Source: an uncultured delta proteobacterium (lineage in GTDB: Bacteria > Myxococcota > Myxococcia > Myxococcales > Myxococcaceae). Taken from it: 64,000 bases of DNA. Location of the stretch: NCBI GenBank assembly GCA_963776345.1, contig CAVZMH010000016.1, forward strand, positions 160,001 to 224,000. The letters run 5' to 3'. This document shows, piece after piece, positions 9,252 through 19,835 of the stretch. Position numbers and translations under genes: made by a program. Below the pieces are notes generated by a model, which saw only the letters and a list, made by a program, of their open reading frames with translations, made no database searches and had not been told where the DNA came from. Within the stretch, counting starts at the first letter, position 1. Each line of letters begins with the position of its first letter.

Positions 9252-10839
9252 ATGAGACAACCGTTCCCTCGAAAGGACGCTCATTCCGTGCGTGGTCTCC
9301 TCGTCGTCGCAGCGCTGACCCTTCTCCAGGCGTGCGGAGCCTCGAACGCGCCCGGAGCTCCGGGACCCAGCGCAGGTGGCCCCGACGCCGGTGGGCCAGG
9401 GGCAGCGCTGCTCACCGTCTCGCCGCAGTCCCAGCGGCTCGTCGCCGGCTCCGCCGCGGTGAGCATCACCGCCACCCTCACCGGCGACAGCGGACCCATC
9501 ACCTGGGCCCTCACCGGGCCCGGGACGCTGGGGGCGACCACCGGCACGGCGACCACCTATGCCCCGCCGGCGACCGTCCAGGCGGAGACCACGGCGACCG
9601 TGACCGCCAGCGCCGGCCCGGGGCTGACCGCCTCGGTGACCGTCACCATCGTGCCCGCCTCGGCGATGGACGTCACCGGCCGGGTGGTGGGTACGGCCGG
9701 GAGCGGGCTCCAGGGGCTGACGGTGGCCATCGGAGACAGCACCGCGCTGACCGGGGCGGACGGGCGCTTCTCGATCCCCGGAGTCAATCCGCCCTACGAC
9801 CTCACCGTCGTGCTCTCCGGCACCCCCCTCTACGCCGGGAGGTACGAGGGGCTGACCCGCCCCGACCCCACCCTGGTGTTCCTCTACCTCGTCAACTCTG
9901 GCGAGCCGAACACCGCGACCGTCTCGGGAACCGTCTCCGGCGGGGACCCGGTCGGAACGGCGGGGGAGTTCACCGCGGCCGTCTTCACCTTCTCGGCCGG
10001 GGTCTTCGACCTCGACGCGATCGGCATCACCGAGCGCAACAACCCCTTCACCCTCCCGCTCTCCTGGTTCGGTCCGGAGTCCACCGTCGGCAACCTCCAT
10101 GTGCTGCAATGGAAGAGCCCGCGGCCCGGGACCCCTCCCACCGAGTACACCGGCTACGGAGTCCCAGAGCGCGATCGCCGTCACGCGCGGAATGTCCCTC
10201 GAGGGCGCGAACGTCACCATGACCGCCCCCACGACCGGCTCCATCGCCGGATCCATCGTCCCGCCGGCCGGCTACACCGTGGAGAGCAAGTTTCTGGGCC
10301 TCGAGCTCGACGGCCTCACCGCGGTCCCGCTCGGACACGTGGACACGGACGCCACCGACTTCCAGTTCGCGGTGCCCGGCGGCATCCCGGCCACCGCGGC
10401 AGTCACCGTCTCCGCCCAGCGCCTCGGGGCCGGCACCACCTCCCGCCGCCTCTCCGGCCTCTTGCCCGGGCAGGTGGGCCTCTCGCTCGAGCTCCCCACG
10501 CCGGCCCTGCCCACCTCGCCCGCCGACGGGACCACCGGCGTGAGCGGCACGACCGATTTCACCTGGACCCCCTTCCAGAACGGGGTCCACTTCGTCCTCT
10601 TCAACGGCGGACCCACGTTTCCCAGCTTCTACGTCGTCACCGCCCGGACGACGGCCCACATTCCGGTCGCCCCGGCGCTCGGCGTGGGTCTGCCGCGCGG
10701 CGCGAGCTACACCTGGTTCGTCGCCGGCTTCGGCCCCTTCGCCAGCGTCGACGCCTTCACCGGAGGGGTCCACCTCTTCCCTCCCCTGGGAGAGACCGTG
10801 CAGTCGGTGAGCGAGCCGCACGGCTTCGTCACCGAGTAG
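9252..10839 (+). CDS. Beta-rich lipoprotein with Ig-like and carboxypeptidase-regulatory-like domains; frameshift near 10161
   Basis: Lipobox LLQAC; VTGRVV..AG.GL.G.TV.IG...TGADGRFSIPGV; coherent reading continues in ORF 10099..10839 after one extra base; start 9252 or about 9288. Confidence 0.7.
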
Positions 10840-10861
10840 GGCGGCCTGGCCGGCGCCCCCG

Positions 10862-11572
10862 TCAGGGGTGCTTCTGCAAGAAGCGGTCGATGGCGTCCTT
10901 CTGCTGGGTCGCCTTGCCGGTCTGGAACTGGGTGTCGGTGATGCGCACCTGGCGGCCGGCCTGGAGCTCGACGAAGCGCTTCTCCCACTCCTCGGCGGTG
11001 ACCTCGGTCGGCCCGGGCACCTCCACCCGGGGCCCCTTGGGCGGGGGAGGCTTGGCCGACTTCTTCACCTGGGCGTTCACCGCCACCCGGCCCTCGGCCA
11101 CCCGGACGACCGTCTCGCGGATCTTCGGCGGACGGGTCCCGGCGATGAGCGGCGTGGCGTCCACGCGGAAGATGGTGCCCCGCACGCCGGCGACCGCCCG
11201 GGCCGCGCTGACCTCGAACGTCGAGTCGCTCCCGGCGATGGCCTTCTTCACCTTCGCCCAGACCCCTCCGACCAGCAGCTTGAGCGAGACCTTGCTCCGC
11301 TCCTGGGCCTCGAACTCGGCGCGCTCCACCAGGAGCTCGCTGTCCGGACCGAGCACCACCACGCTCTGGTCGGTCAGGGTGAGCTTGACGTTGCCCTCGA
11401 GGCCGGTGCGCAGCGTGTCGTCGAGCTCGACGGACGCGCCCTGCTGCAGCGCCTGCTCGGCGCCGTCCTTCGGGGTCCGGAACGCCGGCCCCTCCACCAC
11501 GGTGACGGTCCCCACCGCCCCCAGGGCCGAGGAGGTCGAGAGCACGAGGACGAGGAGCGCCGCGCGCATCAC
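10862..11572 (-). CDS. Secreted FecR-domain protein
   Basis: Signal peptide; DTLRTG...LTLTDQS.VVLGPDSEL...AVAGVRGTIFRV...V.VAEGRVAV. Confidence 0.88.
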   Translation of the reverse strand: MMRAALLVLVLSTSSALGAVGTVTVVEGPAFRTPKDGAEQALQQGASVELDDTLRTGLEGNVKLTLTDQSVVVLGPDSELLVERAEFEAQERSKVSLKLLVGGVWAKVKKAIAGSDSTFEVSAARAVAGVRGTIFRVDATPLIAGTRPPKIRETVVRVAEGRVAVNAQVKKSAKPPPPKGPRVEVPGPTEVTAEEWEKRFVELQAGRQVRITDTQFQTGKATQQKDAIDRFLQKHP

Positions 11573-12753
11573 TTGCCGAGCTTGACCTCGAGCGCGTTGC
11601 CCGAGACGCCGGTCACCGACACCTTGCGCTTGCCGAGCGACTTGCCGTCGATCTGCTCCGCCAGCCGCTCCGCCGTGCCCAGGTAGGTGACCTCGAGCTT
11701 CCCGGTCCCGCCCGCCAGCGAGGGCGATCCGACGTCGCGCACCCCGGCGCTCCAGACGCTCAGCTGCTGCCGGAAGGACTGCAGGGTGGAGAAGTCGCCC
11801 GCGTTCTGCACCTCGACCACGATGCGCGCCCCGCTCTGCTCCGAGGCCCGGAGCGACTCGAGGACCGCCTTCCGCACCTGGCCGGTGATCTCCGCCTCGT
11901 GGCCCTTGACCAGGTTGTAGGCGCTCTCCTCGCGCGAGTTCACGCTCACGTTCGACATCTCGCTCCGGAGCTTCCCCGACACCTTCGCCAGCTGCGCGCC
12001 GGCCGAGGTCTCGAAGACGCCGAGGTCGTAGTCGCCGGTCAGCGGGAAGGCGGAGCGCGGCGCGCCGGGCTGGACCAGGATGCCGTCCGGGGGGACGTCG
12101 CGGAAGGCCACCGTGCCGTAGAGGATGTAGTCGGCCTTGCTCAGGGTGCCGATCTCCTTGGCCTCGGTCGCGCCCAGCGCCACCGCGGACGAGACCCGCA
12201 CCTTCCCGGCGGCGAACGACGGATCGATCATCGTCCAGCCGTCGCGCTTGAACGCGTCGGTCAGCACGGTCGCGGTGACGCCCGAGGTGGTGGTGACGCC
12301 CTTCTCGTCGATGGTCTGTTCTTGTAGCAACACCACCAGCTTCCGTCCCTGGAGCCGCTTCACCAGCGCCTGGACCGCCTGGAGGTCTCGGTCGAGCTCG
12401 GCCGTGCCCACCTTCGCCCGGACCTTCACCTTCACCACGCCGCGCTCGGTGGTCTGCGACAGGACCTCGTAGCTCCGCACGTAGCCCGCGCTGTGCGAGT
12501 AGACCTGGTCCGAGACCAGCTGGCTGTTCACCGCCAGCGACTGCGACGAGACCAGCACCCCCGCCACCTGCTCCACCGCGCTCCGCAGCGCGGCCTCCTT
12601 CGCCTCGCGGGCCGCCCGGTCCACGTTCCCGCCGACGATGGCCGCCTCGCCCTCGGCCTCCTTGGTGACCACCTCCGGCACCTTCTCCGCGGCCCAGGCC
12701 GGGGCCAGCGCCAGGGCCAGGAGCAGCGCCGCGCCTCGACGTGCATTCCTCAT
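11569..12753 (-). CDS. Secreted protein with FlgT N-terminal-like domain
   Basis: ATG at 12753 overlaps the upstream stop (ATGA); signal peptide, then EAEGEAAIVGGNVDRAAREAKEAALRSAVEQVAGVLVSS...SAGYVRSYEVL. Confidence 0.8.
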   Translation of the reverse strand: MRNARRGAALLLALALAPAWAAEKVPEVVTKEAEGEAAIVGGNVDRAAREAKEAALRSAVEQVAGVLVSSQSLAVNSQLVSDQVYSHSAGYVRSYEVLSQTTERGVVKVKVRAKVGTAELDRDLQAVQALVKRLQGRKLVVLLQEQTIDEKGVTTTSGVTATVLTDAFKRDGWTMIDPSFAAGKVRVSSAVALGATEAKEIGTLSKADYILYGTVAFRDVPPDGILVQPGAPRSAFPLTGDYDLGVFETSAGAQLAKVSGKLRSEMSNVSVNSREESAYNLVKGHEAEITGQVRKAVLESLRASEQSGARIVVEVQNAGDFSTLQSFRQQLSVWSAGVRDVGSPSLAGGTGKLEVTYLGTAERLAEQIDGKSLGKRKVSVTGVSGNALEVKLGK

Positions 12754-13539
12754 GGGACGATCGCCACCCGGCCCTCGACCAGGGCCTTCGAGGAGAGCTG
12801 CTCGAGCGCGCGGGCGTCGGCCTCCGCCAGGACCAGATCCGAGCCCTGCGCCTTCTGCGCCTTGACCAGCAGCGGGTTGTTGCCGAGGGCCGGCGCGTGC
12901 GTCGCCTGCTCGAGGCTCTTGAAGTACCGGGCCGGGACCGCGTCCTTGCGCGCGGCGGCGCCCATCACCTCGGCGGCGTAGAGCACCTTGCCCGAGCGCG
13001 TCGAGCAGCCGCGGCGCGAGCACCGGCTGCACTCCGAGCCCGCGCGCATCGACCAGCAGACCGGTGTAGCGGCCCTCGGTCGTCTTGGCCGCCACCGTCT
13101 CGGCCGGCGCCGCGGCGGGCTCGAGCACCGCCTGGGCGATGCCCGAGAGCGGGACCTCGACGTCCATCTCCACGCCCTGATCGCTGTAGTACCGCTTCTT
13201 CACCACCTTGAAGCCCCTCACCACGCCCTCGACGCGGCCCTTCACCTCGTCCTTCGCCATCACCTCCCCCACCGTCTTCTCGGAGGAGATGCGGATGCCC
13301 TTGGCCTGGGCGATGAGGTTGCGAAAGGCGTCGAGCTGGGCGGCCTTCTCCGCCCCGAGGCGTGCCTGCGCCGGGCTGAGCGAGCGCATGTCGGGCGCGC
13401 CGGAGCCGGTGGCCTTGATGACCTGACCTTCCCAGTCGACGGCGCCCTCTCGCCTCGCCGGGTCGGTCTTCGGTGGATCGGCCTTCGCGGGCTCGGCGGC
13501 CAGGAGGGCCAGGGTGACCAGAACGGGATGCAGCAGCAT
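12750..13539 (-). CDS. LPP20-like secreted protein; frameshift near 12996
   Basis: VDWEGQVIKATGSGAP...ARLGAEKAAQLDAFRNL...YTGLLVDARGLGVQPVLAPRLLD; removing one C rejoins SGKVLY...NPLLVKA to the stop at 12750. Confidence 0.78.
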
Positions 13540-13729
13540 CGTGGTGGAGCACCTCCACCTGCCCCCCGGGGCGCCGAGCGTCGGCCGTCGGAACCCACGG
13601 TCGCGGGGAGGTCCGGAAATCAGACGTGACGCGTCCGGAGCGTGTCAAGCGCCACGGGATTCACCCGGGCGCCTCCTGGGGCGAACCCATCCCGGCGCTG
13701 TGCACGCCGGGGCACGGCACGGGCGGTGC

Positions 13730-14068
13730 CTACTCCTCGGCGTCGGTGGCCGCGGTCTCCACGAAGCGGCGGATGAGCTGGCGGTGACGCTCGGTGAGCA
13801 AGGTGAAGCGCACGCCATCCGCCTGCGCGTTCTCCGCCTCCACCCACTCGCGCACCACCTCGCCCTCGGCGTAGATGACCTCGTTCGAGCCTGGGAGCTG
13901 GAACTGGAGCCCCACCCGCCTGCCGGCGTGCTCCGGCTCGAGCAGCCGCGCCAGGCTCACCCCGCCTGGGCTGATGTCGCGCGCACGCGCGGTGTAGGGG
14001 ACCCCACCGACGTACTTGTTGAGCAGGATGTCGACCTGCACCCGCTCCGTCCTGCGTTGCTCGGCCAT
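13730..14068 (-). CDS. Stand-alone PilZ-domain protein (c-di-GMP receptor motifs intact)
   Basis: RRTER (RxxxR) and DISPGG (D/NxSxxG); GEVVR, GVRF; GGAGG SD. Confidence 0.92.
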   Translation of the reverse strand: MAEQRRTERVQVDILLNKYVGGVPYTARARDISPGGVSLARLLEPEHAGRRVGLQFQLPGSNEVIYAEGEVVREWVEAENAQADGVRFTLLTERHRQLIRRFVETAATDAEE

Positions 14069-14244
14069 CGGTCCGCCTTCCTCCACGAGCACCGGGGGAA
14101 AGCATGCCTCCCGGGAATGACAGGCCGCTGCAGACCTGTTCACTGGCGCCGAACGGTAGGCCGGGGTGTCGATCGGTCAAGAAAACGCCCGGACTTCCTG
14201 GTAAGCGACCCCCGCCAATCACCGACGAAGGGAAAGCAACAGAC

Positions 14245-15048
14245 ATGCGACGACTGTCCTGGCTCCTCCTCGCGATCTCCGCGCCCGCGCTCGCCGCGGC
14301 GCACGACGGAGGCGTGAGCAGCACCCCCACCAAGGCTCCTGACGGAGGCGTGGCCGCCCCCGAGAAGCCGGTTGGCTACCTCAAGACCGCCGAGGACAAG
14401 GAGCTGTACACGCTCGGCTACAGCTTCGGCCGGAACCTCCAGGTCTTCGACCTCTCCCCCGCCGAGCTGGAGATCGTCCGCAAGGCGATCGGCGAGGGCG
14501 CGACGGACAAGAAGCCCCTGGTCTCGCTCGAGACCTACGGGCCGAAGATCCAGGAGCTGGCGACCGCGCGCCACACCCGCGCCGCGCAGAAGAAGGAGGC
14601 CCGCGACAAGCCGTACCTCGACGCGGCGGCGAAGCAGAAGGGCGCGCAGGCGCTCGCCTCGGGCGTGATCTACATCCCGGAGAAGGAAGGCACCGGACCG
14701 AATCCCAAGTCCAGCGACGAGGTGACGGTCAACTACGTGGGCAAGCTGACCAACGGCACCGAGTTCGACTCGAGCTACAAGCGGAACCAGCCGCTCAAGT
14801 TCCAGCTCGACAAGGTCATCTCCTGCTGGACCGAGGGGGTGCAGAAGATGAAGGTGGGCGGCAAGGCCCGCATCGTCTGCCCCTCCAAGGCCGGCTACGG
14901 CGAGAACGGCCAGCCCCGCGCGGGCATCCCCGGCGGCTCGGTGCTCGACTTCAACGTCGAGCTGCTCGACGCGAAGGCGCCGCCTCCGCCTCCGGTCCCG
15001 ACTCCGGGCGCCACCCCGGGGTTCACCCCGCCCCCCAGCGGCAAGTGA
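14245..15048 (+). CDS. FKBP-type peptidyl-prolyl isomerase (FkpA/Mip-like)
   Basis: Signal peptide; VNYVGKLTNGTEFDSSY, VISCWTEGVQKMKVGGK, IPGGSVLDFNVELL. Confidence 0.96.
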   Translation: MRRLSWLLLAISAPALAAAHDGGVSSTPTKAPDGGVAAPEKPVGYLKTAEDKELYTLGYSFGRNLQVFDLSPAELEIVRKAIGEGATDKKPLVSLETYGPKIQELATARHTRAAQKKEARDKPYLDAAAKQKGAQALASGVIYIPEKEGTGPNPKSSDEVTVNYVGKLTNGTEFDSSYKRNQPLKFQLDKVISCWTEGVQKMKVGGKARIVCPSKAGYGENGQPRAGIPGGSVLDFNVELLDAKAPPPPPVPTPGATPGFTPPPSGK

Positions 15049-16433
15049 GCAAGGCGCGCCGCTCCGGAAAGGCCTCTCCGGGCCGGCGCGCGCCTGCCGC
15101 ACGACGCCCGTCGGCTCAAGGCGAGCGGGCGGCGACCCCGAGCGACGTCCCCGACCTCTCGGCCCTGCGGGCGGCGCTCCGGCGCTGGACACGGGACTGC
15201 ATCCGCCCTCCGCACCTCCGCTTCCAACACCCGTGGCTCGCGCCGATGCCGCTCAGCCGGGCGGCGGGGCGGGTGCTCTCCGGCTCCGCTTCCGCCGGCC
15301 AGCGCGCCGCGTCCTCCGGCGACGGGTTCAGCTCGGGCGACTATTCGCTCGGGCTCTTCCACCACGACGCGAGCGAGGCGTCGATCGCCCTGCTCGACGA
15401 CCCGGAGCTCCGCGAGGCCGCGGCCGGGAGCCTGCTCTGCCTGCTCGACTGCGCCGACCCCGACGGCCGGGTGCACCGCGCCGAGCTGCCGCACAAGGCG
15501 CGCGAGGCCGAGCCCTCCAAGCCGGTGATCGCCCAGTGGGCCCTGCGCTGCGCCCGGGCGCTCGGGGCGGAGTGGGCCGAGCGTCACCGGGTCTACCCCC
15601 GGGTGGTCGCCTTCCAGCGCTGGCAGGAGCGTCACCTGGCCGGGCTCCACGGCCTGTTCCTGACGTGGAGCGCGCTCCAGAGCGGCTTCGACACCGACGT
15701 GCTCTCCGCCGGCTTCCCCGACCGCACCGTCGAGGGCCCCGACACCAACGCCTTCATGGTGCTGGAGTACGAGGCGCTGGCCGAGCTGGCGCGCCTGCTC
15801 GGGCGCGAGGGCGAGGCCGACGGCTGGCTCGAGTCCGCGGCCACGCTCCGCCGGCGCATCGAGGACCTGCTCTGGAACGAGCCGCTCGGCCACTACGTCG
15901 CGCTCCGCTGGGAGCACGGGGTGGGCGCGCCGGACGCGGAGATCGTCGGCACCCGCGGCGTGGACGGGGCGGTGCAGCCCTTCGTGAGCTGGACCGGGCT
16001 GCTCCCGCTGTACGCCGGGATTCCCTCCCCCGAGCGCGCGCGCCGGATGGTCGAGGTGCTGCTGCGCCCCGAGGGCTTCTGGGGCCCGGTGGGCGTGCGC
16101 ACCTGCCCCGCCGACGACCTCTACTTCCAGCAGTCGCCGCGGGTGCTGCTCTTCGATTTCAAGAAGGGCCGCCGGGGCCCGGTGTCCAACTGGAGCGGAG
16201 CGGTGTGGGTCCTCTCCAGCGCCTACCTCGCCGAGGGGCTCGCCCGGTACGGCTTCGGCGCCGAGGCCCGGGAGCTGGCCATCCGGACGGCGCGGCTGCT
16301 CGCGGACGACCTCGCGCGGACGGGCATGCTGCACGAGTGCTGGAACGACGCCGGGGAAGGCCTCTGGCCGCGGCGCGGCACCTTCGTCTCCTGGAACGTG
16401 CTCGGGCCCTGGCTGCTCGACCGGCACCTCTGA
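15045..16433 (+). CDS. (alpha/alpha)6 glycoside hydrolase (GH63/trehalase-like)
   Basis: QSGFD, PDTNAFM, LWNE..G.Y, FWGPVGVRT, NWSGAVW, GMLHECWN; GTGA overlap with the FKBP gene. Confidence 0.8.
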   Translation: MSKARRSGKASPGRRAPAARRPSAQGERAATPSDVPDLSALRAALRRWTRDCIRPPHLRFQHPWLAPMPLSRAAGRVLSGSASAGQRAASSGDGFSSGDYSLGLFHHDASEASIALLDDPELREAAAGSLLCLLDCADPDGRVHRAELPHKAREAEPSKPVIAQWALRCARALGAEWAERHRVYPRVVAFQRWQERHLAGLHGLFLTWSALQSGFDTDVLSAGFPDRTVEGPDTNAFMVLEYEALAELARLLGREGEADGWLESAATLRRRIEDLLWNEPLGHYVALRWEHGVGAPDAEIVGTRGVDGAVQPFVSWTGLLPLYAGIPSPERARRMVEVLLRPEGFWGPVGVRTCPADDLYFQQSPRVLLFDFKKGRRGPVSNWSGAVWVLSSAYLAEGLARYGFGAEARELAIRTARLLADDLARTGMLHECWNDAGEGLWPRRGTFVSWNVLGPWLLDRHL

Positions 16434-16459
16434 GGCCCTGCAGGCCCCGGACGTGCGAA

Positions 16460-16492
16460 GGCCCGGGACTCCTTCGACGGAGTGCCCGGGCC
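16460..16492. terminator. GC-rich hairpin between convergent genes; possible terminator
   Basis: GGCCCGGG-ACTCC-ttcgac-GGAGT-g-CCCGGGCC; no clear U-tract. Confidence 0.5.
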
Positions 16493-16527
16493 AATCGTGA
16501 AGGTGCGTTCTCCGAGTGTCGAAGGAG

Positions 16528-16731
16528 TTACTGCGGACGGACGTTCTGCGCCTGCAGGCCCTTCGGACCCCGGGTGATGTCGAAGGTCACCTTCTGCCCC
16601 TCGGCGAGGGTGCGGAACCCATCGGCCTGGATGGCGGTGTGGTGGCAGAACACGTCCTCGCCCCCGCCGTCCTGGGTGATGAAACCAAAGCCCTTCGCAT
16701 CGTTGAACCACTTCACGGTACCAGTTGCCAT
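16528..16731 (-). CDS. Cold-shock protein (CspA family)
   Basis: [18 protein letters not shown]...DVFCHHTAI...[10 protein letters not shown]. Confidence 0.98.
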   Translation of the reverse strand: MATGTVKWFNDAKGFGFITQDGGGEDVFCHHTAIQADGFRTLAEGQKVTFDITRGPKGLQAQNVRPQ

Positions 16732-16887
16732 TTCGTTGCTTCCTTCATTTGTCGGCCGGGGATTCACCCCCGTGCCAGCGATCTCGGCCGTCATGGCTCG
16801 AGCGCCGAGGGGCAACATAAGAGCTTCTTCCTCCACTGTCCACGCGCTTTTCCAGGAAGAACGGCTGAACCGGGTCGCGGCGGCACC

Positions 16888-18687
16888 TCACCACCCACAG
16901 GTGCGGCCCTTGTTCGCATCCTGGAGCCAGCTCTGGAGGGGCGCGAAGTACTCCAGCAACGCCCCGCCGTCGATGCGCCGCTCACCGGTGAGCGCCTGGA
17001 GCGCGTCCGGCCAGGGCTTGCTCGCTCCGAGGGCGAGCATCGCCTGGAGACGGCGTCCCGCCTCCTTGCTCCCGGCGAAGGAACAGGTGTGTAGCGGGCC
17101 GGTCTGCCCCCCCGCCCGGCAGAGCGCCCGGTAGAACTGGAACTGGAGCACCCGGGCGAGGAAGTAGCGGGTGTAGGGCACGTTCGCCGGCACGTGGTAC
17201 TTGGCGCCCGGGTCGAAGTCGGCCTCGGTCCGCGGCACCGGCGGCGCCACGCCCTGCTCCTTCGTGCGCAGCGCCCACCAGGACGACTGGTAGTTCGCCG
17301 GCGTGATCTTCCCCGCGAAGACCTGCCACCGCCACTGGTCGATGTCCTTGCCGAAGGGCAGGAACGACACCTTCTCCAGCGCGGCCTTCAGCTGCTCGTT
17401 GATCAGCGCCTTCTGGCTGTCCGGGGGCACCCGGTCGAGGAGCCCCGCCTTCACCAGATAGGCCGGGGTCACCGAGAGCGCGAGCGCGTCGCCCACCGCC
17501 TCGTGGAAGCCGTCGTTCGCCCCGGCCATGTAGAGGAACGGCTGCTTCACGTAGGCGTGCTGGTAGTAGTCGTGCCCGAGCTCGTGGTGGATGGTGATGA
17601 GGTGCTCTTCCTCGGGGCGGATGCACATCTTGATCCGCTGGTCGTCCGACCAGGTCACGTCCCAGGCCGAGGCGTGGCAGACCACCTCCCGGTCGCGCGG
17701 CTTGGTGAACTGCGAGCGGGTCCAGAAGGTCGCCGGAAGCGGATCGAGCCCGAGCCCGGTGAAGAAGGTCTCCCCGAGCTTCACCATCCGCTTGGCGTCC
17801 CACTTCCGCTCCACCAGCTTCCGGGTGACGTCGAGGCTGGACACGCCGGGGTAGGGCTCGACCAGCGGGTAGAGGTTGGTCCACTCCTGGGCCCACATGT
17901 TCCCGAGCAGGTGCGCAGGGATCGGCTTGCCGTCCGGAACCAGGGCCTTGCCGTACTTCTTCTGCAGGCCCGCGCGGACGAAGCAGTGGAGGTCGGAGTA
18001 CAGCGGCTTGACCTGGGCCCAGATGCGGTCGGTCTCGCGCTCGAAGTCGTCCGGGGTCATGTCGTAGGCGCTCCGCCAGAGCGCGCCCAGGTCGCCGAAG
18101 CCGTTGTCCCGCGCCCCCTCGTTGCCCAGGACCACGAAGCGCTCGTAGAGCGGGCGGATCTGCCGGCCCACGCGGTGCCATCCCGTCCAGGCGTCGAGCA
18201 GCGCCTTCGGGTCACGGCTCCGGTCCATCACCTCCTCGAGCTCCTGGAGCTCGCGGCAGGGCCCCTTCCCGTCCGGCCCGCAGTCCTTTCCCGCGCCGTA
18301 GATCCCCTCCATCCTCGCCAGGAGCGCGGTGAGCTCCGACCGATGGCCCGCGTCCGCCGGGGCGAGGACCGGGTTGCTGACCCGGAGCAGCCGGATCATC
18401 CGCGCCGTGTCCGGGTCGAGCGGGAGCCCGTCGAAGCGCTTCGCCTGCTCCAGCGCCTGGCGGGTGTAGGCCAGCAGGTCGTCGTTGGCCCAGGCCGAGG
18501 CGCGCTCGGTGTCCTCGGTGATGTACGTGGACTTGATCCAGTCCGCGGTGGACTGCTTGACGGTGAGGGCCTTCAGCTCCTCGTTCACCTTCTTGATGAA
18601 GGCGCGGGCCTCGTCGGGGCTTGCAGGCGGGGGCGCGGCCAGGGCAGTCAGCGGGAGCAGGAGGAGCAGGAGCGGTGGGGAGCGCAT
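16888..18687 (-). CDS. M2-family peptidyl-dipeptidase A (angiotensin-converting-enzyme-like)
   Basis: Signal peptide; IPAHLLGNMWAQEW, CHASAWD, HHELGH, GFHEAVGD, FDPGAKYHVP, PYTRYF. Confidence 0.96.
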   Translation of the reverse strand: MRSPPLLLLLLPLTALAAPPPASPDEARAFIKKVNEELKALTVKQSTADWIKSTYITEDTERASAWANDDLLAYTRQALEQAKRFDGLPLDPDTARMIRLLRVSNPVLAPADAGHRSELTALLARMEGIYGAGKDCGPDGKGPCRELQELEEVMDRSRDPKALLDAWTGWHRVGRQIRPLYERFVVLGNEGARDNGFGDLGALWRSAYDMTPDDFERETDRIWAQVKPLYSDLHCFVRAGLQKKYGKALVPDGKPIPAHLLGNMWAQEWTNLYPLVEPYPGVSSLDVTRKLVERKWDAKRMVKLGETFFTGLGLDPLPATFWTRSQFTKPRDREVVCHASAWDVTWSDDQRIKMCIRPEEEHLITIHHELGHDYYQHAYVKQPFLYMAGANDGFHEAVGDALALSVTPAYLVKAGLLDRVPPDSQKALINEQLKAALEKVSFLPFGKDIDQWRWQVFAGKITPANYQSSWWALRTKEQGVAPPVPRTEADFDPGAKYHVPANVPYTRYFLARVLQFQFYRALCRAGGQTGPLHTCSFAGSKEAGRRLQAMLALGASKPWPDALQALTGERRIDGGALLEYFAPLQSWLQDANKGRTCGW

Positions 18688-18721
18688 GCGGGTCGCGGAC
18701 CCTAGGCAACCGGACGGTGGG

Positions 18722-19762
18722 ATGGAACGGGCAATCAGGCAGCGGATCCTGGTCTTCCTGAAAGGTGGCATCGGCGACGTGGTGTTCGCCTTGCCCCTGC
18801 TGGGCGACCTGCGCGCCGGTTTCCCCGGCGCCGAGCTGGTCGCGCTCAGCCACGACCAGGGGGCGGACGTGCTGCGGTTCGCGCCCGCAGTGGACGCTGT
18901 CCGGTCCACCGGCCCGATGTCCGCTCGCGCCTCGGTGGCCGCCTCGCTCCGGGCGCTCGGGCCCTTGCGCTTCGACCTGGCGGTCACGCCGGTGCGCTCG
19001 GTGCGGGCCGCCTGGCTCCTCTTCCGCTCCGGCGCCCGGATGCGGGCCGGGTTCGGCGGGGGGCCCGAGCGGCTGCTCCTCACCCACCTCGCCCCGGCGC
19101 GCCCGTTCGAGGTCGTCTTCTCCCGGCGCTTCGAGCGGCTGGCGACGGCGCTAGGGCTCCCCACCGGCGCGCCCGGGCGTCTGGTGGTCGGCGGGCCCGA
19201 GCGCCAGGAGGCCGAGCGCCGGCTGATGAATGCCGGGCGGGAACCCGGACGGCCCCTGGTGGCGCTCCACGTCGGCGGCGGATGGCCCACCAAGCGCTGG
19301 CCGCTCGAGCACTGCCGGGAGCTCGTCTCGACCCTCGCCGCGCGCGGCGCACAGGTGCTCCTGGTCGGCGGGGCCGAGGACCGGGGACGGGCGATGGCCA
19401 TCGCGACCGGCGCACCGCCGGGCGCGGTGCTGGACCGCACCGGCGCGAGCGTCGCCGAGACGATCGCCGAGCTGTCGCTGGGCACGGCGGCGGTGGGGCT
19501 CGACTCCGGCCTCTCGCACGCCGGGGTCGCGCTGGGCATCCCCACGGTGCTGCTCTTCGGGCCGAACGATCCGGACTCGGTGGCGCCGGCCGCGCACGCC
19601 CGGCTGGTGACCCAGCCGCTGCCCTGCCGCCCGTGCAACCGCGCCGGGAAGGTGCGTTGTCCCGAGGGTCACCACCGCTGCATGAGGGACTCCACGCCGG
19701 CGCAGGTGCTCGCGGCGCTCGCCGCACTCGGAGCCCCCGCGGCCCTGGTCGGGGGCCGCTGA
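18722..19762 (+). CDS. Glycosyltransferase family 9 (heptosyltransferase-like)
   Basis: GGIGDVV, WPTKRWP, DSGLSH, PTVLLFGP, C-terminal CRPC..C..C.C. Confidence 0.92.
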   Translation: MERAIRQRILVFLKGGIGDVVFALPLLGDLRAGFPGAELVALSHDQGADVLRFAPAVDAVRSTGPMSARASVAASLRALGPLRFDLAVTPVRSVRAAWLLFRSGARMRAGFGGGPERLLLTHLAPARPFEVVFSRRFERLATALGLPTGAPGRLVVGGPERQEAERRLMNAGREPGRPLVALHVGGGWPTKRWPLEHCRELVSTLAARGAQVLLVGGAEDRGRAMAIATGAPPGAVLDRTGASVAETIAELSLGTAAVGLDSGLSHAGVALGIPTVLLFGPNDPDSVAPAAHARLVTQPLPCRPCNRAGKVRCPEGHHRCMRDSTPAQVLAALAALGAPAALVGGR

Positions 19763-19835
19763 CCGACCGGGGGGCCCGGGAGGCCTGCCGGGGTTCCTGC
19801 CTCGCGCGTCCGATGGCCTATGCTCCCGCACTGGC

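Noticed and set aside
11569..13539. 656-aa LPP20-FlgT fusion ORF
   Set aside because: Artefact of one extra base near 12996. An internal signal peptide and an ATGA overlap at 12750-12753 show two genes.
16888..18687. ACE-like peptidase as a eukaryote-derived novelty
   Set aside because: Bacterial M2 peptidases are already known and widespread.
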